The notes: generated by a model not told the origin, from the sequence alone. A stretch of 64,000 nucleotides of DNA from Dehalococcoidia bacterium (GCA_965197585.1 OZ240215.1:2400001-2464000); one strand, 5' to 3'. Shown: positions 38,273-49,264, counted from the first letter of the stretch. Numbers and translations are program-made.

Positions 38273-38312
38273 GAGGGGCGGTGACACGGGTTAGCCCGTG
38301 CCACCGCCCCCT
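38273..38312. terminator. Hairpin between convergent genes
   Basis: AGGGGCGGTGACACGGG-tta-GCCCGTGCCACCGCCCC. Confidence 0.65.
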
Positions 38313-38379
38313 AATTTCCTAGCTGCTCATCCAGAAGCCAAAGGCTGTCAGAAAGCGGGTTGCCTAAACTCCCGGCGCC

Positions 38380-39786
38380 CTACTGGGTTGCCAGGATGTA
38401 CTGCTCCTCAGCCCAGGCCAGGTTCTCTCCCAGGTAGACCTCGTCCAGCATGATGCCGTAGGGGGCGTTTGCCCCGGAAGTGGGCAGATGGTCCCGTACC
38501 TCGTCAAATTCGGGGGCGTCCAACAACGGAATGGCCTTCCGGTTGACCGGCCCGTATGAGATGTACTTGGATAGTTCTGCATTAATTTCGGGGAAGGTTA
38601 TCCAGGCGATGAACAGGTTGGCCAGCTCGTACCTTTCGGGATGCAGCTCTTTCATGCCGTTGACCAGGGCGAATCCACTCAAGTTGATGATGTGGCCGCA
38701 TTCCCAGCAAACCCGGATCGGTGCGCCTTCCTTGGCCGCATCGAAGATTCGACCGTTATAGGCGCTGCACATTTCCACTTCCCCGCTTATGAGCAGCTCG
38801 GGGCATTGTGACCCGCTTTGCCAGTAGATAATGTCGCCGGCCGCTTCGTCTGCCCAATCGGCAAACCACTGGAAGTCTTCTTCCATCTGCTCTCGGCTTG
38901 GCCTGTTAGCAGCCTGTTTGCCCTCCGGCGAATTCAGCAGCTCGGGTTCACGGGCCAGCCTCATGAACTGGATGTGTCCTCCCCACGCCACGGCGTGGCG
39001 GAGGGCCCGGCGGCCGGGGAATTTCTCCAGATCGTAGAAGTCTGCCCATGACTTGGGACCGCTGTCGCCGGGATATACATCGGTGTTGTAGGCCATGACG
39101 ATGGACCAGGTAACGTCTCCGCCGCCCATGTAGGGAGAGAGTTCCTTGATGGGGTCCAGCAGGTCCCGGGTGTCGACCACGCTCAAGTCCAGCTCATCCA
39201 GGGAGTCGGTCTTGAGGACAGCCGTGGCGTCCGCAACGCCGAGGGTAGACACGTCCCACTCTATATTGCCCGTTTCCGCAGCGGCTACCCATTTAGCCTG
39301 ATTCGGGGTGGGGGTATCCTCGATCACTTCGATGCCGAATTGTTCCAACAAAGGAATGAAGTAGGCCTGTCTCGCTGCGGCCGTGTAGGCGCCTCCCGGC
39401 CCGAGGACAATGATGCTCTTGCCCCGGTACTTCTCCAATTCTGCTTCTATTTCGGCCAGAGTTGCGGGGTTTTCCACCGTCCATTCATCCCTTGGCCTCA
39501 ACGTCGATACCGGCTCCGGTTCGGTCGGCTCTTCCGTTGCACTCACCACCTGCCCGGGGACCGCTGTGGCCGTGGGCTGGGGGGCGGCGGTGGGTTGAGG
39601 GGCGGCGGTGGGTTGAGGGGCGGCGGTCGGTTGGGGTTCTTCGGTGGTGGTGTCGGGCTCCGGAGTTGCGGTGGCGGCCTCTCCACAAGCAACCACGACA
39701 AGCATGGCTACTAATAGAAGGGACAGGATGCTGAATACCATCCCTTTTGCTGTCGCAATCCGCTTCACTCTATGGGCGTTAAACAT
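38380..39786 (-). CDS. PotD/PotF-like extracellular solute-binding lipoprotein with PQPTAA linker
   Basis: Lipobox VVAC, GGAY..A.RQAY, WDV, PKSWADFYDLEKFPGRRALR, YGPVN. Confidence 0.88.
   Translation of the reverse strand: MFNAHRVKRIATAKGMVFSILSLLLVAMLVVVACGEAATATPEPDTTTEEPQPTAAPQPTAAPQPTAAPQPTATAVPGQVVSATEEPTEPEPVSTLRPRDEWTVENPATLAEIEAELEKYRGKSIIVLGPGGAYTAAARQAYFIPLLEQFGIEVIEDTPTPNQAKWVAAAETGNIEWDVSTLGVADATAVLKTDSLDELDLSVVDTRDLLDPIKELSPYMGGGDVTWSIVMAYNTDVYPGDSGPKSWADFYDLEKFPGRRALRHAVAWGGHIQFMRLAREPELLNSPEGKQAANRPSREQMEEDFQWFADWADEAAGDIIYWQSGSQCPELLISGEVEMCSAYNGRIFDAAKEGAPIRVCWECGHIINLSGFALVNGMKELHPERYELANLFIAWITFPEINAELSKYISYGPVNRKAIPLLDAPEFDEVRDHLPTSGANAPYGIMLDEVYLGENLAWAEEQYILATQ
39565..39637 (-). 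repeat. 18-bp coding tandem repeat (PQPTAA, about 4 copies)
   Basis: GGGGCGGCGGTGGGTTGA units. Confidence 0.85.
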
Positions 39787-40169
39787 ATCAAAGTCTCCGT
39801 CCGGTCTAGCTATTCATGCCGTTATTCCATGGACCTACTCTAATGCCGGGTTTGCCGTGGGTTATAGGCTTATTACGGGCCTCCTTTGATCCAGCAATCT
39901 TACCTGTTCAAGCTGGTACTATATACAGATAGTAGTGTCTGCACCACCCTAAGAAACAGAAGGGACTAGATCAACCTGTCTATGGGGCGAAATGAAATTT
40001 GAACAATGGGCACAATGTCGGCAATAGCCTTCCATGGAGAGCTTCCAATGATTGTCACCCCCATGTATTTTAGGGATGCGGGCGACACATATGTGAAGCC
40101 GTCTTCTACGATTGCATAAATCGATAATCACGTTTAACAGGGCAGGAAACTACCGGAAAAGAGGAGGAA

Positions 40170-41204
40170 ATGGCAGATCAACAGCAAGATTGGGAATACG
40201 GGATTCAGACGGAAGGCCATTCAGACGAGAGCGATGGCTCCGGCCCCGTAATACTGGGAGAAAACGGCTTCACGTACAGCGTATCCGGCGACAACTGGGG
40301 CAACCTCCCCGACGGTTGGACCTACAAGGAAGGCACCTCAGTAGACGTGGATTCCAGGGACCAGGTTTACGTATTCAACCGGGGCACGTGTCCCATGATC
40401 GTATTCGATTCCGAAGGAAACGTTTTGAGAACGTGGGGCGAGGGCTTATTCAGCAACCCCCACGGCGTTACCATCGCCCCCGACGACACGGTGTTTTGCG
40501 TCGATAACGGGGACAGCACAGTCCGCCAACTCACTCCCGAAGGCAAGCTGCTTATGACCCTCGGCGCCCCAAACTGCCCTAGTCCCAAGATGAGCGGCAT
40601 ACCCTTCTCTAAACCCGCTCACGTGGCCTTCGACAAAAGGACCGGCGATTTCTACGTTGCTGATGGCTACTCCAACGCACGGGTGCACAAATACACCCCC
40701 GATGGACAGCTCCTGTTTTCCTGGGGCGAATCGGGTACCGCCGAGGGCCAGTTCAACATCGTTCACAACCTGGCCGTCGACAGCGATGGATGGGTATACG
40801 TCGCTGATCGCGAAAACCACCGGATTCAGGTATTCAGTCCCGAGGGGAAGTACGAGACTCAATGGGTCAACCTATCCCGGGCCGCTGCGATCTACATAGA
40901 TGACCGATCGGGAGAGGAACTGGTCTACATTGGCGAATATTTCTGCGGCATCGGGTCCAATGACATAGGCACCGATCTGGGCCCCCGCATTACGGTGATG
41001 AACACCAAGGGCGAGGTCTTGGCCAGAATAGGGCGGGAAAGCTACGGATCGCAGACCGGCCGATTCTACGCCCCCCACGGCATTGCAGTAGATTCAAAGG
41101 GAGACATCTACGTCGCTGAGGTCTCCTGGAGCGACTACGGCAGCGTTATGGACCCACCGCGTGAACTCCGCTCCATGCAGAAGCTGGTCAAAGTCCCGGG
41201 GTAG
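40170..41204 (+). CDS. NHL-repeat beta-propeller (peptidyl-alpha-hydroxyglycine alpha-amidating lyase-like)
   Basis: VDVDSRDQVYVFNRG, YVADGYSNARVHK, GQFNIVH, YVADRENHRIQVF, PHGIAVDS. Confidence 0.88.
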   Translation: MADQQQDWEYGIQTEGHSDESDGSGPVILGENGFTYSVSGDNWGNLPDGWTYKEGTSVDVDSRDQVYVFNRGTCPMIVFDSEGNVLRTWGEGLFSNPHGVTIAPDDTVFCVDNGDSTVRQLTPEGKLLMTLGAPNCPSPKMSGIPFSKPAHVAFDKRTGDFYVADGYSNARVHKYTPDGQLLFSWGESGTAEGQFNIVHNLAVDSDGWVYVADRENHRIQVFSPEGKYETQWVNLSRAAAIYIDDRSGEELVYIGEYFCGIGSNDIGTDLGPRITVMNTKGEVLARIGRESYGSQTGRFYAPHGIAVDSKGDIYVAEVSWSDYGSVMDPPRELRSMQKLVKVPG

Positions 41205-41305
41205 AGATTCGGCCAAGGCGCCATTGAGTAGTCGACAGCGTAGGCTACAGACTGCTTGGCAGCGCACGTAGAGGCCGAACTTTGCGCCCGGAACCTGGTC
41301 GTTGG

Positions 41306-43024
41306 CTAACCGACCATGTCGTAGCTGCGGAGCAGTTTGCCAGGCAGCGCCCCTGTGCATTCGCTATCCTCGAAGGTGACCGTGCCGTTGACTATGGTAT
41401 AGCGAAGCCCCGTGGGCTTTTGGACTAAGCGGCGTTCCCCACCCGGGAAGTCGTTGGCGAAGATGGGCTTGTCGTATACGAAACCAAGCTCATTGAGATT
41501 GTAGACAATTACGTCCGCCCAGTTTCCCACCCGGAGCGTACCCCGGTCCTTGAAATCGGTTATCCAGGCCGGAAGCGCACTCATCTTGTAGTGGGCCTGC
41601 TCCAAAGTCATGATCTCTCTGTCCCGGATCCAGAGGCTAAGCCAATAGATAGGCCAAGTGCTGTGAGTGTTGAACTTGGTGTGGGCCCCACCATCGGAGA
41701 CCGAGATATGAGAGTGAGGATCGAGCAGCGCTGGCTTCCGAGCCTTCACCTCTGCCGGGGAATCCTCCGGAGGAAGAATATACTCGGTCTGGAGTTCCTC
41801 GTCTAAAGCCAGGTCCAGGAAGGCATCCAACGGGTGTTTTCCCTGAATTTCAGAAACCTCTTGAACTGTCATTCCTTCGTACTGCTCGTTCCGCTCCTCG
41901 AACACCTGCAACACCCTCATCCGAGCCCAGTCGGTCATGCGATAGGCCGGTGATGAAGCGGACTCCGAGCGTTTTGCATCTTCTATGTCTTGCCTCATCG
42001 CCGACCGTGTTTCAGGGTCTCTCAGCTTTACAGAGCGCTCCTCTACGCCGCCCACCAGGGGCTGAATCCAGTTGGGCATGAAGTCGTACAAGTTGAATTC
42101 AGCCAGCTTAAACTCCATCGCAGGAGCCGTACTGGTCTGCTGCATAATCAGAGGGAGCCCCTCCCGACGGCACGAGTCCACCCAATCTGCCCCATCGTCA
42201 TTAGCGTTCAGCAAGCTGAAGGGGCGGCCGCTCACCCTCATCATATTGGCAGTCAGGTCGAGTACCGCGCCCCGCTCCTCCTGGTTGAGCCCCAGGCCCA
42301 GTGTCAGCCCCATGTGACCCACCCCGAATTCCCCTAGAACTTCCGACAGTGCAAGGAATTCTTCCTCGGATGCCACGTGGCTGGGAAGGGAACCGCCGTC
42401 CTCCGGACGGTCTTCGTAGTTCTTGTTGAAGGAGAACCCGAAAGCTCCGGCCTCCATCGCCTCGTGGAACATCTGCTTCATCTGGTTTAGCTCTGCATCC
42501 GTTACCGAAGTCCTCTCCCTGGCAGGCAGCATGCCAAGCACGTAACCGCGCATGGGTGAGAATGGGAACACCGGGCCCACGTTAACGCCCAGTCCCTGGC
42601 GGTCCAGACTGTCCATATATTCCGGGAAGGTTTCCCAGTCCCAGCGAAGTCCAAGGCGCATCGACTCCAGTGGAATGGCCTCGATGCGGTTCATCATCCG
42701 CATATTCAGGTCCCTGTCCTCGGGCCTGGTCGGAGCGAAGCCAAATCCGCATTCGCCAATCGTAAGGGAAGTCACCCCGAACCAGCCCGACAGCGATGCA
42801 TAGGGGTCCCAGTTAAGCTGGGCATCGTAGTGGGTGTGCATGTCGATGGCTCCGGGCGCCACAATGCAGTCCCGGGCATCGATCTCTTTCACGCCTCCGG
42901 CGCTGATCCTGCCGCTGATTTTGGCCACTCTTCCGTCTTTGACAGCCAAATCAGCCCGGTAGCGGGGAACACCCGTCCCGTCCACAATCGTGCCGCCACG
43001 GATAACCAGGTCGTATTCAGATAT
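41306..43024 (-). CDS. N-acyl-D-amino-acid deacylase-family amidohydrolase; probable ATA start
   Basis: ISEYDLVIRGGTIVDGTG, APGAIDMHTHYD, SDGGAH; GAAGGGGAG RBS before ATA. Confidence 0.88.
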   Translation of the reverse strand: MSEYDLVIRGGTIVDGTGVPRYRADLAVKDGRVAKISGRISAGGVKEIDARDCIVAPGAIDMHTHYDAQLNWDPYASLSGWFGVTSLTIGECGFGFAPTRPEDRDLNMRMMNRIEAIPLESMRLGLRWDWETFPEYMDSLDRQGLGVNVGPVFPFSPMRGYVLGMLPARERTSVTDAELNQMKQMFHEAMEAGAFGFSFNKNYEDRPEDGGSLPSHVASEEEFLALSEVLGEFGVGHMGLTLGLGLNQEERGAVLDLTANMMRVSGRPFSLLNANDDGADWVDSCRREGLPLIMQQTSTAPAMEFKLAEFNLYDFMPNWIQPLVGGVEERSVKLRDPETRSAMRQDIEDAKRSESASSPAYRMTDWARMRVLQVFEERNEQYEGMTVQEVSEIQGKHPLDAFLDLALDEELQTEYILPPEDSPAEVKARKPALLDPHSHISVSDGGAHTKFNTHSTWPIYWLSLWIRDREIMTLEQAHYKMSALPAWITDFKDRGTLRVGNWADVIVYNLNELGFVYDKPIFANDFPGGERRLVQKPTGLRYTIVNGTVTFEDSECTGALPGKLLRSYDMVG

Positions 43025-43339
43025 GGTGTTGCTCCCCTTCTAATTCGGCTAGCAGGGACGTTAGAACGCGCTCAGGAATGAAGCGATATTATCACAGATA
43101 GGTGACCTCACAAAAATCCGTGCATCATGCTCTCTGTAATCCCTTCATCCTTCCCCCTAGCACGATGCATGCAGCCATGCTTTGACCAGTGCCGGTATAA
43201 GCAATGTACGTCATAGAACGATAGAGCGCAGTCATCGTTTCGGTTCTCTGGACATGCTCTGGGCCTTACCATAAGCTAAGGTCGGCCCCAATCCACGGGC
43301 CGACAACAGCAACCATAAAACGATTCTCAGGGGGTCAAA

Positions 43340-44356
43340 GTGGCGAAGTACAAGATCGTGGCGCAGGGGCGTCCTAACCTTACTGCCGACTTCACATTCG
43401 AGATGGAAGGGCTGCAGGGCGTTGAAGTCCAGCTAGTGGAAGCTAACGCCGTGTCGGATGAAGAGTTCCTGGAGACTGCCAAAGACGCCGACGCCCTCAT
43501 AGTCAGGGGTATGCCCGTTACGGAGAAGGTGATTAATCGACTGGGAAAGTGCAAAATCATCGCTCTGGGCAGCGTGGGCACCGACATAGTCGACGTTCGG
43601 GCAGCCACGGCCAAGGGCATTCCTGTAACCAACTGCCCCGACACCTTCATCCAGGAGGTGGCCGAGCATACGGCGGTGCTAATCCTGGCAGCTTACCGAC
43701 GGCTCCTGCTCATGGACAAGATGGTCCGAGAGGAGCGCTGGCCTGAGGGACGTCCGACCTTATACCAGTTGCCGCGTTTGTACGGGCAGACCCTGGGATT
43801 AATCTCCTTCGGAAACATCCCCAGGGCCGTTGTGCCATTGATGAAGCCGTTCGGCCTCCGTATCCTCGCCTACGATCCCTTCGTCAAGGAGACCACAATA
43901 CTCCAACATGGCGCGGAGCCGGTTAGCTTAACGGAGCTGCTGCAGCAATCGGATATCGTCTCAAACCATCTCCCCGGGACCGGTGGCACGACCCGGTTGG
44001 TCGGCGAGAAGCAGTTCAGGCTGATGAAGCCCAATGCAATCTTCGTGAACACCGGCAGGGGCACGACCGTGGACGAAGCAGCCATGATACGGGCCCTGGA
44101 CAAAGGTTGGATAGCTCACGCAGCGCTGGATGTTCTGGAAAAGGAACCGCCTGCCCCCGACAACCCCTTGCTCGGCATGGAGAACGTCACACTTACTGCC
44201 CACGTGGCGTCGGCTTCATCCAGATTTGAGGTAGGGTCCAGGCGTCGGGTAGGACGGGAGATCGCACTGGTGTTGGGCGGCCGCTGGCCCCTGTCCTGCG
44301 TGAATCCGTCGGTGCTGGACAACTCGGGACTTCGCAAGTGGCAGCCCTCGCCGTAG
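43340..44356 (+). CDS. D-isomer-specific 2-hydroxyacid dehydrogenase (CtBP-like)
   Basis: VGTDIVD, EVAEH, GLISFGNI, VNTGRG, LDVLEKEP, HVAS. Confidence 0.92.
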   Translation: MAKYKIVAQGRPNLTADFTFEMEGLQGVEVQLVEANAVSDEEFLETAKDADALIVRGMPVTEKVINRLGKCKIIALGSVGTDIVDVRAATAKGIPVTNCPDTFIQEVAEHTAVLILAAYRRLLLMDKMVREERWPEGRPTLYQLPRLYGQTLGLISFGNIPRAVVPLMKPFGLRILAYDPFVKETTILQHGAEPVSLTELLQQSDIVSNHLPGTGGTTRLVGEKQFRLMKPNAIFVNTGRGTTVDEAAMIRALDKGWIAHAALDVLEKEPPAPDNPLLGMENVTLTAHVASASSRFEVGSRRRVGREIALVLGGRWPLSCVNPSVLDNSGLRKWQPSP

Positions 44357-44441
44357 TCGACCACTCACACCGCCGATCCGTGAGGCCCGTCAAGGTGTTG
44401 CCCTATAAGGAAGGGGCTTTGGACCCCGAAGAAGGAAAGTC

Positions 44442-44507
44442 ATGAACGTGACGGCCGCCTTCGCCGCAATGCTGAAAATGGAAGGTCGAAAGTCGCGCTT
44501 CCACTAG
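44442..44507 (+). pseudogene. Possible 5' remnant of a thiamine-pyrophosphate enzyme
   Basis: GAAGGAAAG RBS + MNVTAAFAAMLKMEG, then an early stop. Confidence 0.3.
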
Positions 44508-44679
44508 CCAACTCCACACCTGTAATCTCAAGCTCCATACTGGCTAAAACACTAGGGTGTAACGGCCCGTAGAAGGCTTAACTACCTCTAGGGCTTCCAA
44601 TTATCCTGGTGTTCAATGGGGTAATCCAGAAGTTCAATCGAGTTGTCCTTGGTGTACCAGCAGAGGAGATGGACCCGGA

Positions 44680-45837
44680 TTGCATCTACCGACTCGTCGG
44701 AGAAATCGCCGTAAATTGTTATTGATACTGCTCCTCTCCGTCCTATCCCTCCTCGCAGTCTTCTATTTCTGTGCAGCTTGGTACTTCTCCGGGATATTGA
44801 AAGATCGTGCGCTTGAGGTGGGGGAATTCGAGCTTCAATACAACCTCACTGCCTCCGCTTTTGGTCAGGGCCTGGTCAGGCTGGAGAACGGCCCCGACAA
44901 AGGGGCGTGGAGGCGTCCCGGCAAGTGGGGACTCAGCTGGGATGGCGGAAGCGGAATGATCGGAGACATCGTCGAGGACGGTGGCCACTTCCTCGTCCGG
45001 CAATTCACGATTGGAGATGGAGATCCCCCGAACTCCACCCCAGCCTTCGTGTCGGGCAGCATCTACCCGAACGATCCTTTCCTCGCATTTGGCATCGAGT
45101 ACGAAAATGTTCAATACGAGACCCCGTTGGGATCTCAGGACGCATGGCGGTTTGAAGGAAAACACGACACATGGGCAATTTTTGTCCACGGGCATCGCGG
45201 AACTCTGGGAGACGGCCTGCCCTCATTGCCTGTGCTGCATGACCTCGGTTTCCCGGCCCTATACATCACCTACCGTAACGACAAAGGACAACCCCAGGAC
45301 CCAAGCGGCTTCTACCAGTTCGGCCTGACTGAATGGCAAGACCTCCAAGCTGCAGTGGAGTACGCCCTGTCTCAGCCGGGCGCCAGGAACGTTGTCTTGA
45401 TTGGCCACAGCATGGGCGGCAGCATAATCGTGAATTTCCTTTACAAGTCACCGTTGGCCGATTCGGTGACTGGTATTGTAATCGACTCTCCCATGATGGA
45501 CTTCAAAGCGCCTGTGGACAGTGGAGCTCGTAAACGCCATCTGCCTGGTTTCGTGACAGCTGCCGGGAAATGGATGACCACGCTCCGGTTCGGCTTGGAC
45601 TGGGACGCCATGGACTACCTGAATAATGCAGACCGGCTCAACGTGCCTATCCTGCTGATTCACGGAGAGAACGACACCTACGTGCCTATCGAGACAAGCA
45701 ACAAGCTGGCTGAACTACGTCCTGATCTAGTTACTTACAGTGTCTATCCGGACGCCACTCACACCAACTCATGGAACGTTGACTCCGCGCGCTACGAGCG
45801 AGAGCTCAGAGAGTTTCTCCTCAGGGTCATAAAGTAA
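44680..45837 (+). CDS. Membrane-anchored/secreted alpha/beta hydrolase
   Basis: N-terminal TM, IFVHG, YRND, GHSMGG, HGEND..VP, HTNSWN. Confidence 0.88.
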   Translation: MHLPTRRRNRRKLLLILLLSVLSLLAVFYFCAAWYFSGILKDRALEVGEFELQYNLTASAFGQGLVRLENGPDKGAWRRPGKWGLSWDGGSGMIGDIVEDGGHFLVRQFTIGDGDPPNSTPAFVSGSIYPNDPFLAFGIEYENVQYETPLGSQDAWRFEGKHDTWAIFVHGHRGTLGDGLPSLPVLHDLGFPALYITYRNDKGQPQDPSGFYQFGLTEWQDLQAAVEYALSQPGARNVVLIGHSMGGSIIVNFLYKSPLADSVTGIVIDSPMMDFKAPVDSGARKRHLPGFVTAAGKWMTTLRFGLDWDAMDYLNNADRLNVPILLIHGENDTYVPIETSNKLAELRPDLVTYSVYPDATHTNSWNVDSARYERELREFLLRVIK

Positions 45838-46037
45838 GACTGGTGAGAATTCAGACTTTCGGCTCCAGCCATATGCCTCGCCACGACTAGTGCCACGGAT
45901 CCGGCATCTAATACCTCGTCGAGACCCCTAGAACCTTACTCCTTCCCCCCATTTGCCTATTCTGCCCCGTGCACTGGTAAACTGGTATGTAACGGCATCC
46001 CACCCCACCCCAAGTCCCCCGCCACAAATAACAAACC

Positions 46038-47033
46038 ATGCCACCGCTCCTACAGGTCAAAAACCTTAAGACCTACTTCTACACCGAGGACGGTGTGGTC
46101 AAGGCCGTCGACGGCATCTCCTACTCTCTCCGAGCCGGGGAAACAATGGGCCTTGTCGGCGAGAGCGGGTGCGGCAAGACCGTCAGCGCTCTCTCCCTGA
46201 TGCGCCTCATCCCTTCACCCCCGGGCGAGATCGTCGAAGGTGAGATCCTTCTCGACGGCCAAGACCTGCTCAAGCTCAGCAACGACCAGATGAGACGCCG
46301 GCGCGGCAAGGACATCGCCATTATCTTCCAGGAGCCCATGACCTCCCTCAACCCAGTCCTCACCATCGGCCGTCAAATGACCGAGGCCCTCGAAATGCAC
46401 CTCGGCCTCTCCGGAAGAGCCGCCAACACCCGCGCCGGTGAGCTCCTCGAAGAGGTCGGTTTAGCCGACCCCGGACGTAGGCTCGACGACTACCCCCACC
46501 GAATGAGCGGCGGTATGAGACAACGAGTCATGGTAGCCATGGCCCTCAGCTGCGAGCCCAAGGTCCTCCTCGCCGACGAACCCACCACCGCCGTAGATGT
46601 CACCATCCAGGCCCAGCTCCTCGAGCTCATCAGCCGACTCTCCAAGGAGCGCGGCACCGCCGTAGTTATCATCACGCACAACCTCGGCGTCGTGGCCCGT
46701 TACGCCGATTCTGTCAACGTCATGTACGCCGGCAGAATCGTCGAAAGTTCCTCTGCTCACAACGTCTACGGGACCCCCCGACACCCCTACACCCTCGGCC
46801 TCCTCGCCTCCGTCCCCCGCCTCGACGAGTCCATCAGGGAGCAACTCGTTCCCATCGAGGGCGCACCCCCCGACCTCGCCCACCGACCTGCGGGATGCTC
46901 ATTCCGCCCACGATGCGCCTTTGCAATCGACGCTTGCGCACACACTGATCCGCTCCTGGAGCTAAAGCGGCCCGGACACTCAGCAGCATGCCTAGTAGAC
47001 GTCACCCGTCGCACACCGGAGCCCGTCTTATGA
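46038..47033 (+). CDS. oppD: Oligopeptide ABC transporter ATP-binding protein
   Basis: [30 protein letters not shown]. Confidence 0.9.
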   Translation: MPPLLQVKNLKTYFYTEDGVVKAVDGISYSLRAGETMGLVGESGCGKTVSALSLMRLIPSPPGEIVEGEILLDGQDLLKLSNDQMRRRRGKDIAIIFQEPMTSLNPVLTIGRQMTEALEMHLGLSGRAANTRAGELLEEVGLADPGRRLDDYPHRMSGGMRQRVMVAMALSCEPKVLLADEPTTAVDVTIQAQLLELISRLSKERGTAVVIITHNLGVVARYADSVNVMYAGRIVESSSAHNVYGTPRHPYTLGLLASVPRLDESIREQLVPIEGAPPDLAHRPAGCSFRPRCAFAIDACAHTDPLLELKRPGHSAACLVDVTRRTPEPVL

Positions 47034-48016
47034 TGATTTCCGACCCCTACGTCCTCCTCGACGTCCGTGGCCTGCAGATGCACTTCCCCGTAAGCAAGGG
47101 CGTCATATTCCAGTCCAAGGTGGGCGAAATCAAGGCCGTCGACGGCGTGTCCTTCCAGATCATGCGCGGCGAAACTCTCGGCCTCGTCGGCGAAAGCGGC
47201 TGTGGCAAGACTACCATCGGCAGGTGCATCCTCCAGCTCCTCAGGCCCACCGGCGGTGAAGTCCGCTTCCGGGGCGAGGACCTTACACAGCTCTCCGGCA
47301 AGGAAATGCGTCCCCTCAGGAAAGAGCTTCAGGTCATCTTCCAGGACCCCTACGGCTCCTTGAATCCCCGCATGACCGTCGGTTCCATAGTAGAAGAGCC
47401 ACTCATCATCCACAAGATTGGCGACCGCAACGAGCGAAAGAACAGGGTGCAGGAGCTGTTCGAGGTCGTGGGCCTCAATCCCAACATGATGGACCGCTAC
47501 CCCTACGAGTTCAGCGGCGGCCAGCGCCAGAGGATCGGCATTGCACGAGCCCTTGCCGTGAACCCGACCTTCATAGTCTGTGACGAGCCCGTCTCCGCTC
47601 TCGACGTTTCCATTCAGGCTCAGGTAATCAACCTGCTCCGCTCCCTCCAGGAGCGCTTCGACCTCACCTACCTCTTCATCGCCCACGACCTGTCTGTCGT
47701 GAGGCACATCTCCGACAGGGTCGCGGTGATGTACCTGGGCAAGATCGTCGAGATAACAGGCAGGGACGAGCTCTACCGAGACCCAAAGCACCCCTACACC
47801 CGAGCTCTTCTCTCCGCCGTCCCCATCCCCGACCCCGTAGTCGAGGCCTCCCGCGAGCGAATTATCCTCACCGGCGACGTACCCAGCCCCATCGACCCCC
47901 CAAAAGGCTGCTCCTTCCACCCCCGTTGCCCATTCGCCATGGACGTCTGCCGGGAAATCACCCCCGTCCTAAAGAAGACCACTCAGGGCCACTCCGTAGC
48001 CTGCCACCTCTATTGA
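47030..48016 (+). CDS. oppF: Oligopeptide ABC transporter ATP-binding protein
   Basis: [32 protein letters not shown]; ATGA overlap with oppD. Confidence 0.9.
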   Translation: MMISDPYVLLDVRGLQMHFPVSKGVIFQSKVGEIKAVDGVSFQIMRGETLGLVGESGCGKTTIGRCILQLLRPTGGEVRFRGEDLTQLSGKEMRPLRKELQVIFQDPYGSLNPRMTVGSIVEEPLIIHKIGDRNERKNRVQELFEVVGLNPNMMDRYPYEFSGGQRQRIGIARALAVNPTFIVCDEPVSALDVSIQAQVINLLRSLQERFDLTYLFIAHDLSVVRHISDRVAVMYLGKIVEITGRDELYRDPKHPYTRALLSAVPIPDPVVEASRERIILTGDVPSPIDPPKGCSFHPRCPFAMDVCREITPVLKKTTQGHSVACHLY

Positions 48017-48049
48017 TTTCCTACTCCGCTTCTTTCTTACTGGCAAATG

Positions 48050-48086
48050 ATAAGGGGCTGGCATTGAATGCCAACCCCTTATTCTT
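48050..48086. terminator. Bidirectional terminator-like hairpin
   Basis: ATAAGGGGCTGGCATT-g-AATGCCAACCCCTTAT-TCTT. Confidence 0.7.
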
Positions 48087-48124
48087 GACGTTGGAGATGA
48101 GCGGAAGAAAATCCCTTAAATCCC

Positions 48125-49264
48125 CTACACCTGCAACCCGTACAACCCTATCGCATTCTCCCCCGCCACCTTCCTCTGGTCCTCCTCCGGCAGCGCTGAC
48201 AGCGTCTTCTTCAGGTTGATCACCGGGTCCAGCGGTGAGTCCGAGTGCGGGTAGTCATACGCCCACATCACCTTGTTAGCTCCCAGCAGCCCGATTATCA
48301 CCGCCCCGATCTCATCATCCGGGTCCATGTCTATCCACCCCTGCCGGTAGAAATAGTAGCTGGGCTTCTCAGTCATCGCCGTCGTAAATCCCAGCACCTC
48401 GAACTTCTCGTCCATCCGTTGCAGCAGCCACGGCATCCACCCGCACCCCGACTCCAATACCAACACCTTCAACTCAGGAAATCGGTCGAACGCCGACTCC
48501 TGGAAGAAGCTCATATATCCCAGCGGCAGGTCCACACCGTTGGTCGCGAATGTCCACCAGCTGGGCATCCTGAACTCGGGATACAGAATGTTCCCCCCGC
48601 TCGTCCCCCCGGAGGATGGATGCAGACTCAAGGGCACTCCCTGCTCCTGGAACTCGGCCCACAGGGGGTCCCAGTAACTCCGTCCGTAGGCCACGTCCCC
48701 GGGCGGCAACGAAGGCACCATCACCGCCCGGGACCCCTGCCCCGACGTCCTCTTGAGCTCCTTCACACTCTCCCCCACGTTGGTCCAGGGCAGCAGAACG
48801 CACGGGTACAGCCTTCCGGATTGAGCGTTGCAGAAATCGATTATCCAATCGTTATAGACGCGGCAATAAGCCGCCGCCAGTCCCGGGTCTTCCGTCGTAC
48901 CCATCCAGGACAACCCCAGGGACGGAAACAGGAATGATGCGTCAATCCCTTCCTGGTCCATTAGCTTCACCCGCTCGCCCGGGTCGCACGCCCCGGGCGC
49001 CATGGCCCGACCATCGTCGTAGCTCACGTCGTGCTTCTCAAAAATATGCTCTTTACGCCACTCAGCACTTTTCCCGATAGTAGCCAGGTTCGCAGAGGTA
49101 GACTTGACCAGCTTACCGTGCACCTGCCCGTCTATGACCCAGTAGTCCAGCCCTTCCTCGTCCTTCTTGAACTGCATCGCCCGGTCCCGATACTCGGGCT
49201 CCAGGTTTTCCTTCCACAGGTTGGGGGGTTCCAGGATGTGGCCGTCTATATCCACGAACTTCAT
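48125..49264 (-). CDS. Amidohydrolase family protein (Amidohydro_2)
   Basis: MKFVDIDGHILEP, LHP, LESGCGW, DYPHSD; AAGGAGG RBS. Confidence 0.92.
   Translation of the reverse strand: MKFVDIDGHILEPPNLWKENLEPEYRDRAMQFKKDEEGLDYWVIDGQVHGKLVKSTSANLATIGKSAEWRKEHIFEKHDVSYDDGRAMAPGACDPGERVKLMDQEGIDASFLFPSLGLSWMGTTEDPGLAAAYCRVYNDWIIDFCNAQSGRLYPCVLLPWTNVGESVKELKRTSGQGSRAVMVPSLPPGDVAYGRSYWDPLWAEFQEQGVPLSLHPSSGGTSGGNILYPEFRMPSWWTFATNGVDLPLGYMSFFQESAFDRFPELKVLVLESGCGWMPWLLQRMDEKFEVLGFTTAMTEKPSYYFYRQGWIDMDPDDEIGAVIIGLLGANKVMWAYDYPHSDSPLDPVINLKKTLSALPEEDQRKVAGENAIGLYGLQV

Noticed and set aside
45840-45960. attR copy of the tRNA-Asp 3' end
   Set aside because: Only a 6-nt match (TCGCCA), which is not significant
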